From Vicinamibacteria bacterium (lineage in GTDB: Bacteria > Acidobacteriota > Vicinamibacteria > Marinacidobacterales > Marinacidobacteraceae), in the NCBI GenBank assembly GCA_965199715.1, contig OZ241322.1, positions 2,144,001 to 2,208,000 of the forward strand: DNA of 64,000 bases, read 5' to 3'. The notes below the pieces were generated by a model. The model searched no databases. It was not told where the DNA came from and saw only the letters and a program-made list of their open reading frames with translations. Shown here piece by piece: positions 28,329 through 40,413 of the stretch (its first letter is position 1; every line of letters begins with the position of its first letter). A program made the translations under genes and the position numbers.

Positions 28329-30158
28329 GTGGGACGTTTCTCCGCTGGCCTTGGCGCGCTCGGTCTCCTGCTCGCGCCCGCCGCCTCCGCCGAGGAGGAG
28401 AAGCCCGTCCTGATGGCCCGCGCCGCGCTCGCGGGCGACGGCTCCCCGACCGCGCTGCCGGTCTCGTCGAACGTGCCGGTGCTCGCCGAAATCGCCGGCG
28501 TCGTGGCCACCGAGTCCGGCCAGCCGCTTCCGGGCGCGCTCGTCGCCGTGGCCGGCGAGGACGACGGGGTCTCCCACTTCGCCGTGACCGACGCCGAGGG
28601 CCGCTTCCGCATCCAGGAATCCGCCCCCGGCCGGTACAGCCTGCGCGCCTACCTCGCCGGCTTCCTGCCCTCGCCCGAGGCGCTGGTGCGCGTCGGCTCC
28701 GGCGTGGCCGCCGCGAACACGCTGCTGCTGCGGATGGCCGCAGTCGCCGCGCAACCCTCCGCCGGGTCGCTCTCCGAGCTTCGCTGGCTGCTCCAGCGCG
28801 GCCGCCGGCACGTCCTGAAGGAGCGCGAGGCGGCGCTGCGGCTCGACGACGACCCGTTCGACCTCGGCTGGAACGCGGGCCGCTCGCCGACCCCCGACGC
28901 GCTCGGCGGCGAGTTCGGGTTCTTCGCCGCTTCGGGCAGCACGCTCGGATTCTCCGAGGGCGCGGCCGTGGACTCCGGCGTCGCCTACACCCGCTTCGAG
29001 CTGCCCTCGACCGCGCGCGGCGACTGGGAAGCGGAAGTACGGCTCATGGAGTCGGCGATGGCCTCGTGGGCCGTGAACCTCTCCTACGCGATGGACGAGT
29101 TCGACAACCACGCGCCGTCGGCGGGCATCGGCTACCAGCGTCACACCTACCGCGACGCCGGCGGCTTCCGGCCCCCGGAGGCGCCGATCCTCGACGCCGA
29201 CCTCCTCCACGCCGAGGAGGCCGAGTGGGACGGCGCGGCGTTCGTGGCCGACGAGTTCACGATGGGCCGCACCACGGTGAGCACCGGGCTCACCTACCGC
29301 CGCTTCTCCTTCCTCGGCGGCCGCAGCGGCCTCGCGCCCCGGGCGGTCGTCGAGTACTGGCCCACCGACCGCTGGACGATTCTCTCCGGCATGGCGGTGC
29401 GGGTGGACGCGCCGCTCGGCGACGATCCGGCGCTGCTGTCCAGGGTCGCGCGGGCGGATCTCCTCGCGGTGGATCCGGAGCAGATCCGGCGCTCGGAGGC
29501 GCAGCGCAGCGCCCGTTGGCAGGCCGGCGTGAACCGCGTCCTCGACGAGGGGACCACGCTCGGCGTGCGGGTCTTCCGCGAGAACACCACCGACCAGTTG
29601 ATGCGGACCTTCGAGTCGCGGCCGTACGGCGGCGGGCGGTTCCACATCCGGGACGCGGGCGACTTCGCCGCCGAGGGCTTCGCGGTCGATCTGATCCGGG
29701 AGGCGTCGCCGGTGAACCGCCGGCTCGAGGTCGGCGGGCGCATCTCGTGGGTCATGGCCGTCGTGCGGGAGACCGGCGCCGGCGCCGCCGAGTCCTTCGG
29801 CGGGATGCGCGCTCCGGTCGGCCTTCTGATCCCGGTGGACGGCGCCCGCATCCACGACCTCTCCGCCGAGTTCGACGCCCGGGTCCGGCCCACCGGAACC
29901 CGGCTCCACGCCGCGTACCGGCTGATGAGCCACCCCGGCCTCATCGTGGGGTCGCAGGGCGACGCATCCAGCGCCCGGTTCGAGCTGGAGCTGGTGCAGC
30001 TCATCCCGTTCGCGGACTGGAGCGGCACGGAATGGGAGCTGTCGGTCGCGGTGCGCGACCTCTTCTTCCAGGACCTGATGGGTCGCTCCCTGCTGGACGA
30101 GCTTGCGGTCGCCAACGCGCCGCGCCGGGTCGTGGGCGGCCTCGCCGTCCGCTTCTAG
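28329..30158 (+). CDS. Exported protein: carboxypeptidase-regulatory-like N-domain plus probable outer-membrane beta-barrel (TonB-receptor-like)
   Basis: Signal peptide; GVV..SGQPLPGALV, TDAEGRF, PGRYSLRA; alternating beta strands; C-terminal Phe (LAVRF). Confidence 0.7.
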   Translation: MGRFSAGLGALGLLLAPAASAEEEKPVLMARAALAGDGSPTALPVSSNVPVLAEIAGVVATESGQPLPGALVAVAGEDDGVSHFAVTDAEGRFRIQESAPGRYSLRAYLAGFLPSPEALVRVGSGVAAANTLLLRMAAVAAQPSAGSLSELRWLLQRGRRHVLKEREAALRLDDDPFDLGWNAGRSPTPDALGGEFGFFAASGSTLGFSEGAAVDSGVAYTRFELPSTARGDWEAEVRLMESAMASWAVNLSYAMDEFDNHAPSAGIGYQRHTYRDAGGFRPPEAPILDADLLHAEEAEWDGAAFVADEFTMGRTTVSTGLTYRRFSFLGGRSGLAPRAVVEYWPTDRWTILSGMAVRVDAPLGDDPALLSRVARADLLAVDPEQIRRSEAQRSARWQAGVNRVLDEGTTLGVRVFRENTTDQLMRTFESRPYGGGRFHIRDAGDFAAEGFAVDLIREASPVNRRLEVGGRISWVMAVVRETGAGAAESFGGMRAPVGLLIPVDGARIHDLSAEFDARVRPTGTRLHAAYRLMSHPGLIVGSQGDASSARFELELVQLIPFADWSGTEWELSVAVRDLFFQDLMGRSLLDELAVANAPRRVVGGLAVRF

Positions 30159-30255
30159 CGGAACCCTTCGGCTTCCCCGACGTTCTCGTCAAGGGGGGGC
30201 TTCGCGTGCGCCGTCGCCGATCCGATAGACTGCATCGCTTCGAGAATTTGGATTG

Positions 30256-33113
30256 ATGCGCCGTCTTCGCTCGCTCCTCCCCGGCGGCGGCGTCCGGTCG
30301 CTGCTGGCGCTTTCGGCCACCGCGGCGCTGCTGGCGCTCGTCGCCGCCAACGTCGTCCGCCAGACCCGCGCCGAGGTCATGGACGACGGGGTCTTCTGGG
30401 GCGTCGAGCGGGGTTCGGTCGTCGCGCTCCGGGTCGAGGAGGGCGGAGCCGGCGCGGGAGCCGGCGTGCGGCCCGGCGACGCGCTGAGGGCGATCACCGA
30501 CGAGGCGGCCGGCGCCGTCATCATGGTCGAGTCCCCGGCGGACGTGCGCCGGGTGCTCGACCAGGCCGCCTCGGGCGCGCGTCTCCAGTACGTCCTGATG
30601 CGCGAGGGCGTGCGCCAGGGCCTGATGCTGCCGGTCGCCCCGCTGCCCCGGCAGAACCCGACGCTCTACTTCTTCCTCGTGCTGGTGGGGGTGTTCGCCG
30701 GCGGGGTGGGCACCTTCGTGTACGCCTTCCGCCGGGGCGCCTCGGCGGCCGCGCATTTCTACGGCCTGTGCGTGCTGTGGATGATGGCGTTCGCGTTCTC
30801 GTTCACCGGCGAGCTCGACTTCCTCGACCACTCGTTCTTCTGGCTGGACCGGATCGGGGTGCTGCTCTTCCCGCCGGTCTTCTTGCATCTGGCGCTCGCG
30901 TTCCCGAACCCGAGCCGCTTCCTCGCCGGACGGCCGCGCCTGCTCCGCTGGCTCTACTTGCCGTCGCTCGCGCTCCTCGTCGTCTCGCTGGCGTCGCGTC
31001 TCCTCTACTTCTCGCCGTTCGGGTGGGGGCCCGAGGTCATCACCGGCAGCGAGCGCCTGCTGGGACTCCTCGAGCCGGTGCTGTGGGCGATCTACTCGGT
31101 GGCCGCCTTCGCCGCATTCGTGGACGCCTGGACGCATTCCGAGAGCGTCACCGTCCGCAAGCAGCTCAAGTGGATCGTCTGGGGCACCGGCTGCGGCGCG
31201 CTGCCGTTCGCGGTGATCTACGCGCTCCCGTGGGCGACGGGACTGCCGACGACCCCGGAGATGGAGCTGTCGCTCATGCCGATGGCGCTCGTCCCGCTGT
31301 CGTTCGCGTACGCCATCGTCAAGTACCGGCTGATGGACGTGGAGATCCTGTTCAAGCGGGGTCTGCTCATCGCGTCGCTCATGGGGATCATCGCCGCCGT
31401 CTATCTGGCGGCCTACTTCCTCGGGACGAGCTACCTCGGCAGCGACGAGCACTCGCTGCTCATCGCGGTGCTCTCGGCGATCCTCGCAGCCCTGGTCGTG
31501 CCCGCGTTCCGCGATCGGGCGGAGCGGTTCATGGACCGCATGTTCTATCGGGAGAAGTACGACTTCCGCCGGGCGCTCGTCCACCTCGCCTCCGAGGTGA
31601 ACTCCCAGCTCGACCTCGAATCGCTCGGGCGGCGCCTCGTCGAGCGGATCGCCGAGACCTTCCGGTTGGACCGGGTGGCGCTGCTCACCGCTTCGGGCGC
31701 GTCCGCCCGCGACCTGCGCCTCCTTTCCGCCCACGGCGGCGACGGGGCCGACGCGGCCGCGCTCGAGGAGCTCGCCGGGACCGAGGTCGTCGCCCGGCGC
31801 CTGCGCTCCGACCGGGTCGCGTGGGTCGCCGACGTTCCGCCCGAAGGCGCGCAGTGGGTGCGCTGCGCGGTCCCGTGCGTCTCGCGGCGCGAGGTCGTGG
31901 GGGTGATCCTGCTGGGCGCGGCGCGAAGCGGGGAGGATCTCAGCACCGAGGATCTCGACCTCGTGCGGACCGTGGCGGCGCAGGCGGCGACCGCGCTCGC
32001 GAACGCCCGGCTCTACGGCTCGCTGCGGCGCAAGCACGACGAGGTGGTGGCGCTGCGCGAGCAGAGCGAGGACACCATCGAGTCGCTCGAGGAGGGCGTG
32101 GCGGTCATCGACCTCGAAGGGCGCGTGATCCGCTGGAACCGCTCCATGGAGCGCATCCTCGGCCATCCCCGGCATGACGTCTTCGGGCTCGGCTTCGAGC
32201 GGGCGTTCCCCCGCGAGGTGCGGCAGTCGCTCGACGCCGGGCTCGGCCGCGGCTGGCTCGAACAGGGCACCAGGGGCGGGCTGCCCCGGCTGCATCTCGG
32301 GGACGAGAAGGTCGTGAACCTCAAGGTCGCGCCCTTCCTCTCCGGCGGGGGCGAGCACCACGGGGCGCTGCTCATCGTCGAGGACGTCTCGGAGCGGGCG
32401 CGCATGGAGAACGAGCTCCAGTTGCGCGAGAAGATGAACGCGCTGGGCCTGCTCGCCGCCGGCATCGCCCACGAGGTGAACACCCCGCTCACCGGGATCT
32501 CGAGCTTCACCCAGATGCTCCAGGACCAGACCCGCGCCCGCGATCCCCGCCGGGTGCTCCTCGACAAGATCGAGAAGCAGGCCGAGCGGGCCTCGAAGAT
32601 CGTGAACGGGCTGCTCAACTTCGCCCGCCATGGGAGCTCGGAGTTCGGGGACGTGGACCTGAACCGGGTGCTCGGCGAGACGCTCTCGCTGCTCGACCAC
32701 CAGGTGAGGAACGCCCGCATCCGCATTCGCCAGGAGCTGGCTCCGAACCTCCCGCCGATCCGGGGCGACGAGAACAAACTGCTGCAGGTCTTCGTAAACC
32801 TCGTGGTGAACTCGTTCGACGCGATGCCGGCGGGCGGCTGGCTCACGCTGACGACGCGCAGCGACGGAGATGCGGTGGTCGCCGAAGTCGCGGACACCGG
32901 GCAAGGGATCGCCGAAGAGGAAATCCGGCGCATCTACGACCCCTTCTATTCGACCAAGCGAAAGGCCGGCGGGAACGGGCTCGGCCTCTCGATCAGCTAC
33001 GGAATCGTCCAGGAGCACTCAGGAGCGATGGAAGTCGAAAGCCGACCGGGGAACGGCACGCGGTTCCTCGTCACCTTTCCGGCCGTGGTTCAGGTCGTCG
33101 AGGAGACCGGATC

Positions 33114-33117
<4 letters not shown>
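30256..33117 (+). CDS. Multi-TM sensor histidine kinase (PDZ, GAF, PAS, HisKA, HATPase)
   Basis: AGVRPGD (PDZ), AIVKYRLMDV, AHEVNTPL H-box, QVFVNLVVN, DTGQG, PFYSTK, GLGL. Confidence 0.92.
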
Positions 33118-34522
<1,405 letters not shown>

Positions 34523-34526
<4 letters not shown>

Positions 34527-36610
34527 CCCTGCTGTTCGCGGCGCTGCTCGCCTTCGGCCAAGCCGAGCTCAGCCGGAGCGAGAAGCTGGACCGGCTCCGC
34601 CCCGAGCAACGCGCATGGCTCGAGGAGACCGTCCCCTACATCATCGCCGACCGCGAGGAGGAGGTCTTCCTCGATCTCGAGACGCTCGAGGAGCGCGAGC
34701 GGTTCATCGAGACGTTCTGGGAGAAGCGCGATCCCTTTCCGGCGACCCCCGAGAACGAGTTCCGCGACGAGCACCTGCGGCGGGTCGAGTACGCGAACCG
34801 CTTCCTCGGGCGCGAGACCTTCCGCGACGGCTGGCGGACCGACCGGGGCCGCTACTACATCATCCTCGGCGAACCCCGCGAGCGGCACTCGTTCGACGGC
34901 TACAACGAGGTGGTCTCGTCGGAACTGTGGTTCTACCAGGGCGACGTCGACAAGGGCCTCCCGTCGTTCTTCTACTTGCTGTTCTTCAAGAAGCACGACA
35001 TCGGCGAGTACGAGCTCTACCACCCCATCGTGGACGGCCCGAACGCGCTCGTGCGCGGCCAGTACCAAAGCGCCGGCGGCCCCGACGGCGCGATCCGGGC
35101 CTACGAGGTGCTGCAGCGCATCGACGCCGAGCTCGCGAACGCCTCGCTCTCGTTCGACCCCTCCGAGCCGGGCGACTGGACGTCGGGGCGCGCCTCGATG
35201 GGCAGCGACCTCGTCATCGCCCGCATCGAGGATTCGCCGCGCCGGGCGGTCCGCAGCGACTACGCCGACGCCTGGTTGCGCTACCGGGACCGCGTCTCCG
35301 CCGAGTACTCGTTCAACTTCGTCCCCAGCCGCGGGGTCTTCGGACTCACCGGCGGCCCGAAGAACACGCCGTTCGTCCACTTCGCGGTGGAGATCGATCC
35401 GCAGAACTTCACGCTGGAGACCGACGAGGACCAGACCCGCTTCTACACCACGCTCGACATCACGGTGGAGGCGGTGAACGACGAGGGCGTCCAGGTGCTC
35501 GCTATCGACCGGCCGGCGTTCCTCGAGCTGAACCGCTCGCAGGTGGACCAAGTGATCTCGTCGCCGTTCTCATACCAGGACAGCGTGCCGCTGCTGCCCG
35601 GCGCGTACGACCTGAGCGTCATCGTGCGCAACCGCGCCGCCCAGCAGTTCACCGTGCTGGAGACCCGGATCGACACCACCCGCGCCGGAGCGGCGGCCCG
35701 GCCCCGGCTCGCCGGCGTGATTCCCGGCTACGACGGAACCCGCCTGCTGGACGTCCCGGAGCCCGAAACGATCCGCACCTTCCAGGTCGGGAGCGTGCAG
35801 GTGCAGCCGGCCGCCGACGGCCTCTTCGCGCTGGGCCAGACGCTCTACGCCTTCAGCCACGTGCTGGACGCGGCGCCGGGGCACAGGGTGCGGTTCCAGC
35901 TCGTCGGCGACGAGCAGGGCGAGCGCGGCGAGCAAGTGTTCGCCGAGGTCGTGGAGACGGTCGGCGGCGGAAACGCGGTGCTCGCCCAGATGCCGCTGGA
36001 CGTGGAAGTCGGCGGCGCCTACTGGGTCGTGGCGCGCCTCGAGGACGCGGACGGCGCGGCGCTGGACTCCGCCGAGCGGCGCATCCAGGTCTCGCCCCGC
36101 GCCGGCGTGCCCCGCTCCGGGTTCGTCTATCGGCGCGGCTTCAACGCGGGAACTCCGGGCTTGCTGGCGCTCGTGCGGGGCGACCAGTTCGCGGCGCTCC
36201 AGCGCTTCGAGCCGGCGCTCGCCGAGTACGAGACCGCGGTCGCCGCCGGCAACCCCGACCTGCCGGCGGCCCAATGGAAGCTCGCGCACGGCTACCTGCG
36301 GTCAGGAAGAGTCGAGAAGGCGTCCGCGCTGCTGGAGCCCCTTCTGGAATCCCATCCCGACGTGGTGGAGGTCTCGACCGGCCTCGGCTTCGCCCGCTAC
36401 TTCCGGGGGCGCTTCGAGGAGGCGGTCACGCACCTCCAGCACGCGATCAGCCTGCGCGCTCCGAACCCGCCGCTGCTGAACATCCTCGGCGACTCGCTCG
36501 CGCGGGTGGGCCGCATCGACGAGGCGAAAGCGGCGATGGAGCGCTCACTGGAGATGGACCCGAACCAGCCGGCCCTGCGGGAGCGGCTGAAGGAGATCGC
36601 GGAGCGATGA
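34523..36610 (+). CDS. GWxTD domain protein with C-terminal TPR repeats
   Basis: FW.KRDP.P.TPENE, ANRFL, GWRTDRGRYYI.LGEP; TPR-like helices at the C-terminus. Confidence 0.88.
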
Positions 36611-37028
36611 CGCACCCGGTCGAAGGTTCGCTCCGCATGCTCCAGCGGAGCCGCGAATATCTCGGCAGCGATCTCGCCCGCGAGAACCACGACCTTCGGC
36701 GGACGTTCGGGCTCTCTCCGCCCTGAAGGGCTTCTCGCTCACCATGTCGGTCGCCGTCAAGGCCATGCGGCAAGACATGGCCGATCGGGCGGACTGCACG
36801 GACGTCTTCCACTGGTCGGACCTGAGCGACCAGTTCCGACAAGCAGCCGACTGCGGCCTCATCCGGGGCGTCGAGCCGTTCCTCCGCTACCGGGACGTGA
36901 TCATCCAGAACGCCCGCAGCATGGGCCTCGATGCGCAGGCCGGGGCGGTGCTCCCGATCGTGGACGAGTTCATCGAGGAAGTCGGGTATTTGCTGGAGCG
37001 AGTCAAGCCGCGTCCTTCGCGACCGTGA
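36607..37028 (+). pseudogene. HI0074-like nucleotidyltransferase substrate-binding/HEPN protein, frameshifted
   Basis: Removing 2 nt from the CTCTCT run near 36715 joins both ORFs (..GLSALKGFSLTMSVAVK..FRQAADCGLI..YRD..FIEEVGYLLERVK), matching the family pattern as recalled. Confidence 0.5.
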
Positions 37029-37715
37029 ACCGGCCGGAGCACTCCCCGGTCCTCGATTTCGCGGCGCGGCCGGAAGCGGTCGCCGCCGCTGAAGCCGCCC
37101 GGCTCGGCTACGGGCACTGTCCGACCCGCCGCCGGCCACCCAGATCTCCTCGGTCGATCCGCTCCCGCACCAGCGCATCGCGGTGTCCGACCACATGATC
37201 CGCCAGTCGCCGCGGCGGTTCCTGCTGGCCGACGACGCGGGCGCGGGCAAGACGATCATGACCGGCCTGCATCTCCGGGAGGCGCTGGCCCGCAAGCTGA
37301 TCCAGCGGATCCTCGTCGTTCCGCCGGCGGGACTCGTCGGCAACTGGGAGCGGGAGATGCGGACGCTGTTCCGGCTTCCCTTCCGTATCGTCTCGGGCGC
37401 CGACGCTCGAGACGACAATCCGTTCGCCGGGCCGGAGAGCGACCGGATCATCGTCAGCCTCGACACCCCTCGCGGCGACCGGCCGTTCGAGCGGCCGCGC
37501 GACGCGGCCCCCTACGACCTCGTGGTCTTCGACGAGGCGCACGAGCTGGCGGCGCGCCGGGACCGGAACCGCATCGAGAAGACCGGCCGCTACCAGCTCG
37601 CCGAGGCGCTCGCCGGCGCTCCCGTCAAGGACGCGCGGTGGCGGCTCGGTTGGTCGGCGACGAACCTCCTGCTGCTGACCGCGACCCCGCACATGGGAAA
37701 GGACTTCCCGTACCT
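37025..37715 (+). pseudogene. SNF2-family helicase N-terminal fragment
   Basis: DPLPHQRIAV, FLLADDAGAGKT, VFDEAH, LLLTATPHMGK; frameshift near 37115; truncated after motif III. Confidence 0.85.
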
Positions 37716-37912
37716 CTCAAGCGCGAGCGGGAGATCCCGGAAAAAGCGGCGGCCTGGTTCGCCCGGGAGACCATCTCCGCGGGTGGAGGTTCATGAAGGC
37801 GCAACGGGCCGAGTGTCCGATCGCCATGATGGCCCGCGTCCTGAAGGTCTCGAGGAGCGGGCGCTACGGGTGGCTGGGGCGCGAGCCGTCCTCGCGGGAG
37901 CGGGCGGACACG
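37716..37912 (+). mobile_element. IS3-family remnant (OrfA C-terminus/OrfB N-terminus junction)
   Basis: LKREREI.EKAAAWFARET followed by MKAQRAECPIAMMARVLKVSRSGRYGW..REPS.RERAD. Confidence 0.75.
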
Positions 37913-37914
37913 GA

Positions 37915-38166
37915 CTGCCCTTCGGACTCACCGTCGGCCACAACCCGACCGTGTTCAGCGCGTCCGCCGGGCTGGAGTTCCAGTTCGACTCGTTCGTCGT
38001 GCGGCCGCGCCTCGACGCCGTCCACGTGCGGTCGCGCTCCACCCGCTTCGAACGTCACGGTCCCGCTGTCGCTGCCCGATTTCGAGCCGCCGTCCGTGAT
38101 CTCGAGGACGAGATCCGGCCGTGGATCTTCATGATCGGGCTGGACGTCGGGTTTCGGGCGCCGTAA
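37915..38166 (+). pseudogene. C-terminal fragment of a probable outer-membrane beta-barrel protein
   Basis: Amphipathic strands SASAGLEFQF, IFMIGLDVGFR; no start of its own. Confidence 0.35.
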
Positions 38167-38172
38167 CCGCCT

Positions 38173-38874
38173 TCAATCCGAGGCGAGCCGGGCGCGCAGG
38201 TCCCGCCCGGCCGCCTCGAGCGCGTCCTCCCGGTCGCAGTCGAGCGTGATCCGGGTTCCCCAGGACTGGGGATAGGAACCGATCTCCACTTCCGGGTGCG
38301 CCGCCACGACCGCGTCCAGCGTGGGGATCAGGCGCTCCTCGCCGACCTCCACGTCGATGGAGTCGGACCGCCACGGCGGCCCCGCCGGAAGGAACGCCTC
38401 GACGAAGGCGAGCTTCCGCTCGAACGCCGCGGGAAGACCCGGCAGGATCCAGACGTTGCGCATGGCGACGACCGGCCATGCGCCCGGACTGCCGATCATG
38501 CGGGATCCGACCGGCGCCCGGGCGAGGTCGCGATGGCTCCGCCCGAACCCGCGCTCCTCAAGCGCCCGAAGGATCTCGGGGGCGTGGCGGACTTCGGCCC
38601 CGAACGCCTGCGCCACCCCGGCGATCGTCACGTCGTCATGGGTGCCGCCCACGCCGCCCGACGTGAACACGACGTCATGGCCCTCGCTCATCGCCCGGAC
38701 CTCCGCGGCGATGACTTCGGGATCGTCCCCGATCGTGACCGTGCGGCGGAGCTCCACGCCCATCTTCCGCAGCAGCGCGGCGAGGCTGCGCGTGTTCGTG
38801 TCGGCGATCTTCCCCGACAGGATCTCGTTGCCGATGACGACGAGCGCCGCCGTCTTTCGCGCGGTTCCGCTCAC
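38173..38874 (-). CDS. CinA-like molybdopterin-binding domain protein
   Basis: VIGNEILSG...DTN, TSGGVGGTHDDVT, LPGLP, IGSYP. Confidence 0.85.
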   Translation of the reverse strand: MSGTARKTAALVVIGNEILSGKIADTNTRSLAALLRKMGVELRRTVTIGDDPEVIAAEVRAMSEGHDVVFTSGGVGGTHDDVTIAGVAQAFGAEVRHAPEILRALEERGFGRSHRDLARAPVGSRMIGSPGAWPVVAMRNVWILPGLPAAFERKLAFVEAFLPAGPPWRSDSIDVEVGEERLIPTLDAVVAAHPEVEIGSYPQSWGTRITLDCDREDALEAAGRDLRARLASD

Positions 38875-39653
38875 GGCTCGGCGACGAGGTAGGCGATCCA
38901 CGTCTCGTCCGGCGAACCGGTCTCGACCTCCTCGAACCGGCCGTTGCCGTCGCCGTTCTCGTCTGCCCCCTCCCACAGGAGCCGGACCCGGGCGAAGCCG
39001 GCCTCGTCGAGGATCTCCCGAAGCTCGGGCAGCGTCCAGAAGCGCCACGAGTAGCGGAACGCGTTCCGCATGCGGCTCCCGTCGGGAAACCGGTAGTGGA
39101 TCGCGCAGTCCATGTGGCCGCTGACCGGGTCGTAGGCGACCTGGTCCCAGATGAACTGGAAGCCACGTTCGTCCCGGGCGTACTCCTTTTCCTCGTGGCA
39201 GTCGGAGCCGCCGTAGGCGTCGATGAAGAAGAGCCCGCCCGGGTTGAGCGCCTCGCGCGCCTGGCGGAAGTACCGGCGCATCAGCGGGCGGGTCTCGAAG
39301 ATCCAGTAGCTGAAGTTGGTGGCGGCGATCACGTCCGCCGGTTCCTCGCCGTCCAGCGCGTCCGATTCGACGAGGCGGATCCGCGACCGCGCGTCCGGCT
39401 CGAGCGCGGCGACGTTGCGCTCGCGCCCCCACGCGAGCGGCTCCGGGTCGAGGTCCACGCCTACCGCGGTCCGCTCGGCGCCCCCGGCGACGAACTCGCA
39501 CGCGAGCGCGGCGGTTCCGCAGAAGTCCTCCCGCAGCGAGCGGGGCTCCCGGCCGCGGATGCGGCCGTACTCGGCGGCGATCAGCGCCGCGTCGGCGGGG
39601 GCGTCCTGCACCGAGCGCTGGTAGAGGTCGTAGCGGTCGGCGCGGCCCGCCAT
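38871..39653 (-). CDS. Class I SAM-dependent methyltransferase
   Basis: LYQRSVQ, LREDFCGTA, GVDLD, NFSYW, LNPGG. Confidence 0.82.
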   Translation of the reverse strand: MAGRADRYDLYQRSVQDAPADAALIAAEYGRIRGREPRSLREDFCGTAALACEFVAGGAERTAVGVDLDPEPLAWGRERNVAALEPDARSRIRLVESDALDGEEPADVIAATNFSYWIFETRPLMRRYFRQAREALNPGGLFFIDAYGGSDCHEEKEYARDERGFQFIWDQVAYDPVSGHMDCAIHYRFPDGSRMRNAFRYSWRFWTLPELREILDEAGFARVRLLWEGADENGDGNGRFEEVETGSPDETWIAYLVAEP

Positions 39654-39706
39654 GCTGCGCGCCGCGGCCTGCGGGTCGAGGAACCGCCCGGAATCGGGCA
39701 CCGGGG

Positions 39707-40105
39707 CTAATGGAGCCGCGCCGGTCGGCTCAGGGTGAAGGGGGCGACTTCGACCCGGAAGCGCTCGCCGTCCACCTTCTCCATCAGGTACGAGCCGCGC
39801 ATCAACCCGACGGGGGCCTTCAGCGGGCACCACGACGAGTACTCGAACCGCTCGCCCGGACCGAGCCACGGCTGGGTTCCCACCACCCCCGAGCCCCGGA
39901 CCTCCTCCACATGGTCGCTTCCGTGCTCGATGATCCAGTGGCGGCTCACCAACTTCACGACGTCGGCGGACTCGTTGGTGATCTCGATGTCGTACTGGAA
40001 GAGCCAGACCGGCTCCGGCGTGCGCTGGGTTTCGCGGTAGCGGGCCGCGACTTCCACGCGGATGTCGTGGGTCGTGGCGGTCGAAGTGAACGTGTCCCGA
40101 AGCAC
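39707..40105 (-). CDS. apaG: ApaG protein
   Basis: Y.IEITN, LVSRHWII, VRGSGVVG.QP, FEYSSWCPL, MRGSY. Confidence 0.9.
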   Translation of the reverse strand: MLRDTFTSTATTHDIRVEVAARYRETQRTPEPVWLFQYDIEITNESADVVKLVSRHWIIEHGSDHVEEVRGSGVVGTQPWLGPGERFEYSSWCPLKAPVGLMRGSYLMEKVDGERFRVEVAPFTLSRPARLH

Positions 40106-40160
40106 CGTTTCGCATCCTAGCACGGCCCCATCGGCCCGAACGGTCACAATGGCGGCGCTC

Positions 40161-40403
40161 TCATGGCCTTCGCTCCGCCGCGTGCCGACCGCCGGCGGCG
40201 GCCAGCGCGAGCAGCCACCCCACGACGAAATCGTCGAGGAGCCCCACCGGCAGGAACGGATCGGGCAGCATGTCCACCGGCAGGATCAGGTACCCGAGGA
40301 TCCCGGCGACGAGAAGGCGCACCTTCCACGGCGTGGACGGGGCGAAGAGCAGCCACGGCGACTTCGCGAGGACGGCGAGCGCTCGCAGGATGCGGTTCCG
40401 CAT
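40161..40403 (-). CDS. DUF1232/YkvA membrane protein
   Basis: YLILPVDMLPD..PVGLLDD. Confidence 0.75.
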   Translation of the reverse strand: MRNRILRALAVLAKSPWLLFAPSTPWKVRLLVAGILGYLILPVDMLPDPFLPVGLLDDFVVGWLLALAAAGGRHAAERRP

Positions 40404-40413
40404 GAACCCCCGG

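Noticed and set aside
36724-36726. TGA as selenocysteine readthrough
   Set aside because: The continuation is in a different frame, so a frameshift explains it; no Cys-equivalent context.
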